A stretch of DNA of 64,000 bases from Auanema rhodensis. Taxonomy: Eukaryota; Animalia; Nematoda. Numbering within the stretch: position 1 is the first letter of the stretch; each line of letters begins with the position of its first letter. The notes under the pieces were generated by a model that was not told the origin of the DNA, did no database searches, and saw only the letters and a program-made list of their open reading frames with translations. Below, piece after piece: positions 56,000-64,000 of this stretch. The stretch lies in contig CAXKVF010000076.1 of assembly GCA_964057225.1 (NCBI GenBank), forward strand, positions 682,001 to 746,000. The letters are read 5' to 3'. Both the position numbers and the translations under genes were made by a program.

Positions 56000-58900
56000 A
56001 TGGTAACCATGACTTTGAAATTTACGTGAACTTTAATTTATGCTAATTAAATGTACACGTGATGTGCACTTGGTATGTAACTCGCTTCACGTGAAAGATA
56101 AAGAGATGCGGTTTTCAAAATTAGATTCCCCATGTCCATATTAGTCTAAAAACAAATTTTTATTGATATTGCTTCATGGTAACCATGACTTTGAAGTTTA
56201 CGTGAACTTTAATTTATGCTAATTAAATGTACACGTGATGTGCACTTGGTATGTAACTCGCTTCACGTGAAAGATGAAGAGATGCGGTTTTCAAAATTAG
56301 ATTCCCCATGTCCATATTAGTCTAAAAACAAATTTTTATTGATATTGGTTCATGGTAACCATGACTTTGAAATTTACGTGAACTTTAATTTATGCTAATT
56401 AAATGTACACGTGATGTGCACTTGGTATGTAACTCGCTTCACGTGAAAGATAAAGAAATGCGGTTTTCAAAATTAGATTCCCCATGTCCATATTAGTCTA
56501 AAAACAAATTTTTATTGATATTGCTTCATGGTAACCATGACTTTGAAGTTTACGTGAACTTTAATTTATGCTAATTAAATGTACACGTGATGTGCACTTG
56601 GTATGTAACTCGCTTCACGTAAAAGATGAAGAGATGCGGTTTTCAAAATTAGATTCCCCATGTCCATATTAGTCTAAAAACAAATTTTTATTGATATTGG
56701 TTCATGGTAACCATGACTTTGAAATTTACGTGAACTTTAATTTATGCTAATTAAATGTACACGTGATGTGCACTTGGTATGTAACTCGCTTCACGTGAAA
56801 GATAAAGAGATGCGGTTTTCAAAATTAGATTCCCCATGTCCATATTAGTCTAAAAACAAATTTTTATTGATATTGGTGCATGGTAACCATGACTTTGAAA
56901 TTTACGTGAACTTTAATTTATGCTAATTAAATGTACACGTGATGTGCACTTGGTATGTAACTCGCTTCACGTGAAAGATAAAGAAATGCGGTTTTCAAAA
57001 TTAGATTCCCCATGTCCATATTAGTCTAAAAACAAATTTTTATTGATATTGGTTCATGGTAACCATGACTTTGAAATTTACGTGAACTTTAATTTATGCT
57101 AATTAAATGTACACGTGATGTGCACTTGGTATGTAACTTGCTTCACGTGAAAGATAAAGAGATGCGGTTTTCAAAATTAGATTCCCCATGTCCATATTAG
57201 TCTAAAAACAAATTTTTATTGATATTGGTGCATGGTAACCATGATTTTGAAATTTACGTGAACTTTAATTTATGCTAATTAAATGTACACGTGATGTGCA
57301 CTTGGTATGTAACTCGCTTCACGTGAAAGATAAAGAAATGCGGTTTTCAAAATTAGATTCCCCATGTCCATATTAGTCTAAAAACAAATTTTTATTGATA
57401 TTGGTTCATGGTAACCATGACTTTGAAATTTACGTGAACTTCAATTTATGCTAATTAAATGTACACGTGATGTGCACTTGGTATGTAACTCGCTTCACGT
57501 GAAAGATAAAGAGATGCGGTTTTCAAAATTAGATTCCCCATGTCCATATTAGTCTAAAAACAAATTTTTATTGATATTGCTTCATGGTAACCATGACTTT
57601 GAAATTTACGTGAACTTTAATTTATGCTAATTAAATGTACACGTGATGTGCACTTGGTATGTAACTCGCTTCACGTGAAAGATAAAGAGATGCGGTTTTC
57701 AAAATTAGATTCCCCATGTCCATATTAGTCTAAAAACAAATTTTTATTGATATTGCTTCATGGTAACCATGACTTTGAAATTTACGTGAACTTTAATTTA
57801 TGCTAATTAAATGTACACGTGATGTGCACTTGGTATGTAACTCGCTTCACGTGAAAGATAAAGAGATGCGGTTTTCAAAATTAGATTCCCCATGTCCATA
57901 TTAGTCTAAAAACAAATTTTTATTGATATTGGTTCATGGTAACCATGACTTTGAAATTTACGTGAACTTTAATTTATGCTAATTAAATGTACACGTGATG
58001 TGCACTTGGTATGTAACTCGCTTCACGTGAAAGATAAAGAGATGCGGTTTTCAAAATTAGATTCCCCATGTCCATATTAGTCTAAAAACAAATTTTTATT
58101 GATATTGCTTCATGGTAACCATGACTTTGAAGTTTACGTGAACTTTAATTTATGCTAATTAAATGTACACGTGATGTGCACTTGGTATGTAACTCGCTTC
58201 ACGTGAAAGATGAAGAGATGCGGTTTTCAAAATTAGATTCCCCATGTCCATATTAGTCTAAAAACAAATTTTTATTGATATTGGTTCATGGTAACCATGA
58301 CTTTGAAATTTACGTGAACTTTAATTTATGCTAATTAAATGTACACGTGATGTGCACTTGGTATGTAACTCGCTTCACGTGAAAGATAAAGAAATGCGGT
58401 TTTCAAAATTAGATTCCCCATGTCCATATTAGTCTAAAAACAAATTTTTATTGATATTGCTTCATGGTAACCATGACTTTGAAGTTTACGTGAACTTTAA
58501 TTTATGCTAATTAAATGTACACGTGATGTGCACTTGGTATGTAACTCGCTTCACGTGAAAGATGAAGAGATGCGGTTTTCAAAATTAGATTCCCCATGTC
58601 CATATTAGTCTAAAAACAAATTTTTATTGATATTGGTGCATGGTAACCATGACTTTGAAATTTACGTGAACTTTAATTTATGCTAATTAAATGTACACGT
58701 GATGTGCACTTGGTATGTAACTCGCTTCACGTGAAAGATAAAGAAATGCGGTTTTCAAAATTAGATTCCCCATGTCCATATTAGTCTAAAAACAAATTTT
58801 TATTGATATTGGTTCATGGTAACCATGACTTTGAAATTTACGTGAACTTTAATTTATGCTAATTAAATGTACACGTGATGTGCACTTGGTATGTAACTTG

Positions 58901-61900
58901 CTTCACGTGAAAGATAAAGAGATGCGGTTTTCAAAATTAGATTCCCCATGTCCATATTAGTCTAAAAACAAATTTTTATTGATATTGGTGCATGGTAACC
59001 ATGATTTTGAAATTTACGTGAACTTTAATTTATGCTAATTAAATGTACACGTGATGTGCACTTGGTATGTAACTCGCTTCACGTGAAAGATAAAGAAATG
59101 CGGTTTTCAAAATTAGATTCCCCATGTCCATATTAGTCTAAAAACAAATTTTTATTGATATTGGTTCATGGTAACCATGACTTTGAAATTTACGTGAACT
59201 TCAATTTATGCTAATTAAATGTACACGTGATGTGCACTTGGTATGTAACTCGCTTCACGTGAAAGATAAAGAGATGCGGTTTTCAAAATTAGATTCCCCA
59301 TGTCCATATTAGTCTAAAAACAAATTTTTATTGATATTGCTTCATGGTAACCATGACTTTGAAATTTACGTGAACTTTAATTTATGCTAATTAAATGTAC
59401 ACGTGATGTGCACTTGGTATGTAACTCGCTTCACGTGAAAGATAAAGAGATGCGGTTTTCAAAATTAGATTCCCCATGTCCATATTAGTCTAAAAACAAA
59501 TTTTTATTGATATTGCTTCATGGTAACCATGACTTTGAAATTTACGTGAACTTTAATTTATGCTAATTAAATGTACACGTGATGTGCACTTGGTATGTAA
59601 CTCGCTTCACGTGAAAGATAAAGAGATGCGGTTTTCAAAATTAGATTCCCCATGTCCATATTAGTCTAAAAACAAATTTTTATTGATATTGGTTCATGGT
59701 AACCATGACTTTGAAATTTACGTGAACTTTAATTTATGCTAATTAAATGTACACGTGATGTGCACTTGGTATGTAACTCGCTTCACGTGAAAGATAAAGA
59801 GATGCGGTTTTCAAAATTAGATTCCCCATGTCCATATTAGTCTAAAAACAAATTTTTATTGATATTGCTTCATGGTAACCATGACTTTGAAGTTTACGTG
59901 AACTTTAATTTATGCTAATTAAATGTACACGTGATGTGCACTTGGTATGTAACTCGCTTCACGTGAAAGATGAAGAGATGCGGTTTTCAAAATTAGATTC
60001 CCCATGTCCATATTAGTCTAAAAACAAATTTTTATTGATATTGGTTCATGGTAACCATGACTTTGAAATTTACGTGAACTTTAATTTATGCTAATTAAAT
60101 GTACACGTGATGTGCACTTGGTATGTAACTCGCTTCACGTGAAAGATAAAGAAATGCGGTTTTCAAAATTAGATTCCCCATGTCCATATTAGTCTAAAAA
60201 CAAATTTTTATTGATATTGCTTCATGGTAACCATGACTTTGAAGTTTACGTGAACTTTAATTTATGCTAATTAAATGTACACGTGATGTGCACTTGGTAT
60301 GTAACTCGCTTCACGTGAAAGATGAAGAGATGCGGTTTTCAAAATTAGATTCCCCATGTCCATATTAGTCTAAAAACAAATTTTTATTGATATTGGTTCA
60401 TGGTAACCATGACTTTGAAATTTACGTGAACTTTAATTTATGCTAATTAAATGTACACGTGATGTGCACTTGGTATGTAACTCGCTTCACGTGAAAGATA
60501 AAGAGATGCGGTTTTCAAAATTAGATTCCCCATGTCCATATTAGTCTAAAAACAAATTTTTATTGATATTGGTGCATGGTAACCATGACTTTGAAATTTA
60601 CGTGAACTTTAATTTATGCTAATTAAATGTACACGTGATGTGCACTTGGTATGTAACTCGCTTCACGTGAAAGATAAAGAAATGCGGTTTTCAAAATTAG
60701 ATTCCCCATGTCCATATTAGTCTAAAAACAAATTTTTATTGATATTGGTTCATGGTAACCATGACTTTGAAATTTACGTGAACTTTAATTTATGCTAATT
60801 AAATGTACACGTGATGTGCACTTGGTATGTAACTTGCTTCACGTGAAAGATAAAGAGATGCGGTTTTCAAAATTAGATTCCCCATGTCCATATTAGTCTA
60901 AAAACAAATTTTTATTGATATTGCTTCATGGTAACCATGACTTTGAAATTTACGTGAACTTTAATTTATGCTAATTAAATGTACACGTGATGTGCACTTG
61001 GTATGTAACTCGCTTCACGTGAAAGATAAAGAGATGCGGTTTTCAAAATTAGATTCCCCATGTCCATATTAGTCTAAAAACAAATTTTTATTGATATTGG
61101 TTCATGGTAACCATGACTTTGAAATTTACGTGAACTTTAATTTATGCTAATTAAATGTACACGTGATGTGCACTTGGTATGTAACTCGCTTCACGTGAAA
61201 GATAAAGAGATGCGGTTTTCAAAATTAGATTCCCCATGTCCATATTAGTCTAAAAACAAATTTTTATTGATATTGGTGCATGGTAACCATGATTTTGAAA
61301 TTTACGTGAACTTTAATTTATGCTAATTAAATGTACACGTGATGTGCACTTGGTATGTAACTCGCTTCACGTGAAAGATAAAGAAATGCGGTTTTCAAAA
61401 TTAGATTCCCCATGTCCATATTAGTCTAAAAACAAATTTTTATTGATATTGGTTCATGGTAACCATGACTTTGAAATTTACGTGAACTTCAATTTATGCT
61501 AATTAAATGTACACGTGATGTGCACTTGGTATGTAACTCGCTTCACGTGAAAGATAAAGAGATGCGGTTTTCAAAATTAGATTCCCCATGTCCATATTAG
61601 TCTAAAAACAAATTTTTATTGATATTGCTTCATGGTAACCATGACTTTGAAATTTACGTGAACTTTAATTTATGCTAATTAAATGTACACGTGATGTGCA
61701 CTTGGTATGTAACTCGCTTCACGTGAAAGATAAAGAGATGCGGTTTTCAAAATTAGATTCCCCATGTCCATATTAGTCTAAAAACAAATTTTTATTGATA
61801 TTGCTTCATGGTAACCATGACTTTGAAATTTACGTGAACTTTAATTTATGCTAATTAAATGTACACGTGATGTGCACTTGGTATGTAACTCGCTTCACGT

Positions 61901-62100
61901 GAAAGATAAAGAGATGCGGTTTTCAAAATTAGATTCCCCATGTCCATATTAGTCTAAAAACAAATTTTTATTGATATTGGTTCATGGTAACCATGACTTT
62001 GAAATTTACGTGAACTTTAATTTATGCTAATTAAATGTACACGTGATGTGCACTTGGTATGTAACTCGCTTCACGTGAAAGATAAAGAGATGCGGTTTTC
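56000..62100 (-). repeat. Triplicated 10- to 13-mer block
   Basis: AACTTGC at 57139, 58899, 60835; CATGATTTTG at 57245, 59005, 61293; CTTCAATTTATGC at 57442, 59202, 61490. Boundaries approximate. Confidence 0.82.
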
Positions 62101-64000
62101 AAAATTAGATTCCCCATGTCCATATTAGTCTAAAAACAAATTTTTATTGATATTGGTTCATGGTAACCATGACTTTGAAATTTACGTGAACTTTAATTTA
62201 TGCTAATTAAATGTACACGTGATGTGCACTTGGTATGTAACTCGCTTCACGTGAAAGATAAAGAAATGCGGTTTTCAAAATTAGATTCCCCATGTCCATA
62301 TTAGTCTAAAAACAAATTTTTATTGATATTGGTTCATGGTAACCATGACTTTGAAATTTACGTGAACTTTAATTTATGCTAATTAAATGTACACGTGATG
62401 TGCACTTGGTATGTAACTCGCTTCACGTGAAAGATAAAGAGATGCGGTTTTCAAAATTAGATTCCCCATGTCCATATTAGTCTAAAAACAAATTTTTATT
62501 GATATTGGTGCATGGTAACCATGACTTTGAAATTTACGTGAACTTTAATTTATGCTAATTAAATGTACACGTGATGTGCACTTGGTATGTAACTCGCTTC
62601 ACGTGAAAGATAAAGAGATGCGGTTTTCAAAATTAGATTCCCCATGTCCATATTAGTCTAAAAACAAATTTTTATTGATATTGGTTCATGGTAACCATGA
62701 CTTTGAAATTTACGTGAACTTTAATTTATGCTAATTAAATGTACACGTGATGTGCACTTGGTATGTAACTCGCTTCACGTGAAAGATAAAGAGATGCGGT
62801 TTTCAAAATTAGATTCCCCATGTCCATATTAGTCTAAAAACAAATTTTTATTGATATTGCTTCATGGTAACCATGACTTTGAAGTTTACGTGAACTTTAA
62901 TTTATGCTAATTAAATGTACACGTGATGTGCACTTGGTATGTAACTCGCTTCACGTGAAAGATAAAGAGATGCGGTTTTCAAAATTAGATTCCCCATGTC
63001 CATATTAGTCTAAAAACAAATTTTTATTGATATTGGTTCATGGTAACCATGACTTTGAAATTTACGTGAACTTTAATTTATGCTAATTAAATGTACACGT
63101 GATGTGCACTTGGTATGTAACTCGCTTCACGTGAAAGATAAAGAGATGCGGTTTTCAAAATTAGATTCCCCATGTCCATATTAGTCTAAAAACAAATTTT
63201 TATTGATATTGGTTCATGGTAACCATGACTTTGAAATTTACGTGAACTTTAATTTATGCTAATTAAATGTACACGTGATGTGCACTTGGTATGTAACTCG
63301 CTTCACGTGAAAGATAAAGAGATGCGGTTTTCAAAATTAGATTCCCCATGTCCATATTAGTCTAAAAACAAATTTTTATTGATATTGCTTCATGGTAACC
63401 ATGACTTTGAAGTTTACGTGAACTTTAATTTATGCTAATTAAATGTACACGTGATGTGCACTTGGTATGTAACTCGCTTCACGTGAAAGATAAAGAGATG
63501 CGGTTTTCAAAATTAGATTCCCCATGTCCATATTAGTCTAAAAACAAATTTTTATTGATATTGCTTCATGGTAACCATGACTTTGAAGTTTACGTGAACT
63601 TTAATTTATGCTAATTAAATGTACACGTGATGTGCACTTGGTATGTAACTCGCTTCACGTGAAAGATAAAGAGATGCGGTTTTCAAAATTAGATTCCCCA
63701 TGTCCATATTAGTCTAAAAACAAATTTTTATTGATATTGGTTCATGGTAACCATGACTTTGAAATTTACGTGAACTTTAATTTATGCTAATTAAATGTAC
63801 ACGTGATGTGCACTTGGTATGTAACTCGCTTCACGTGAAAGATAAAGAGATGCGGTTTTCAAAATTAGATTCCCCATGTCCATATTAGTCTAAAAACAAA
63901 TTTTTATTGATATTGGTGCATGGTAACCATGACTTTGAAATTTACGTGAACTGTAATTTATGCTAATTAAATGTACACCTGATGTGCACTTGGTATGTAA

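Larger units (their letters stand above)
32403..64000 (-). repeat. Same 176-bp satellite, reverse-complement arm (179 complete monomers plus a partial)
   Basis: From 32403 the sequence reads TTGATATTGCTTCATGGTAACCATGACTTTG..., the reverse complement of the monomer. Phase is kept to the window end with no net indel: the variant at 63953 falls at monomer position 135 of the 180th unit. Confidence 0.98.

Noticed and set aside
1-64000. CRISPR array
   Set aside because: Units are identical along their whole length, with no unique spacers and no cas genes.
1-64000. Repeat-encoded protein / long ORF
   Set aside because: 176 is not a multiple of 3, and TAA/TAG/TGA are frequent on both strands, so any frame is soon interrupted.

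Overview
The whole 64-kb window is one AT-rich (~32% GC), very homogeneous 176-bp tandem satellite. It looks like a eukaryotic centromeric/pericentromeric array; I could not identify the family or organism. I found no genes, RNA genes, transposons or CRISPR. About 185 monomers run on the + strand (1-32390) and about 179.5 run on the - strand (32403-64000). They meet convergently at a single 12-nt junction (TTTTTTTGATAT) that looks locally templated. Rare variants used as barcodes show the strand switch is more than a change of orientation: the right arm is a mirror-image copy of the left, i.e. a giant inverted duplication (palindrome), with a local axis at ~32013 and a 779-bp unpaired spacer. 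Mirrored variant pairs have constant coordinate sums of 64026, 62612 and 61380 in successive blocks. Since the inversion each arm has gained its own higher-order duplications (4-, 5-, 7-, 10-, 15-, 24/29- and 30-mers), deletions and SNPs. The right arm also shows a hidden ~19.7-kb (112-113 monomer) macro-repeat. The monomer is rich in dyad symmetries and carries three TCACGT (E-box core) motifs spaced 32-33 bp apart.
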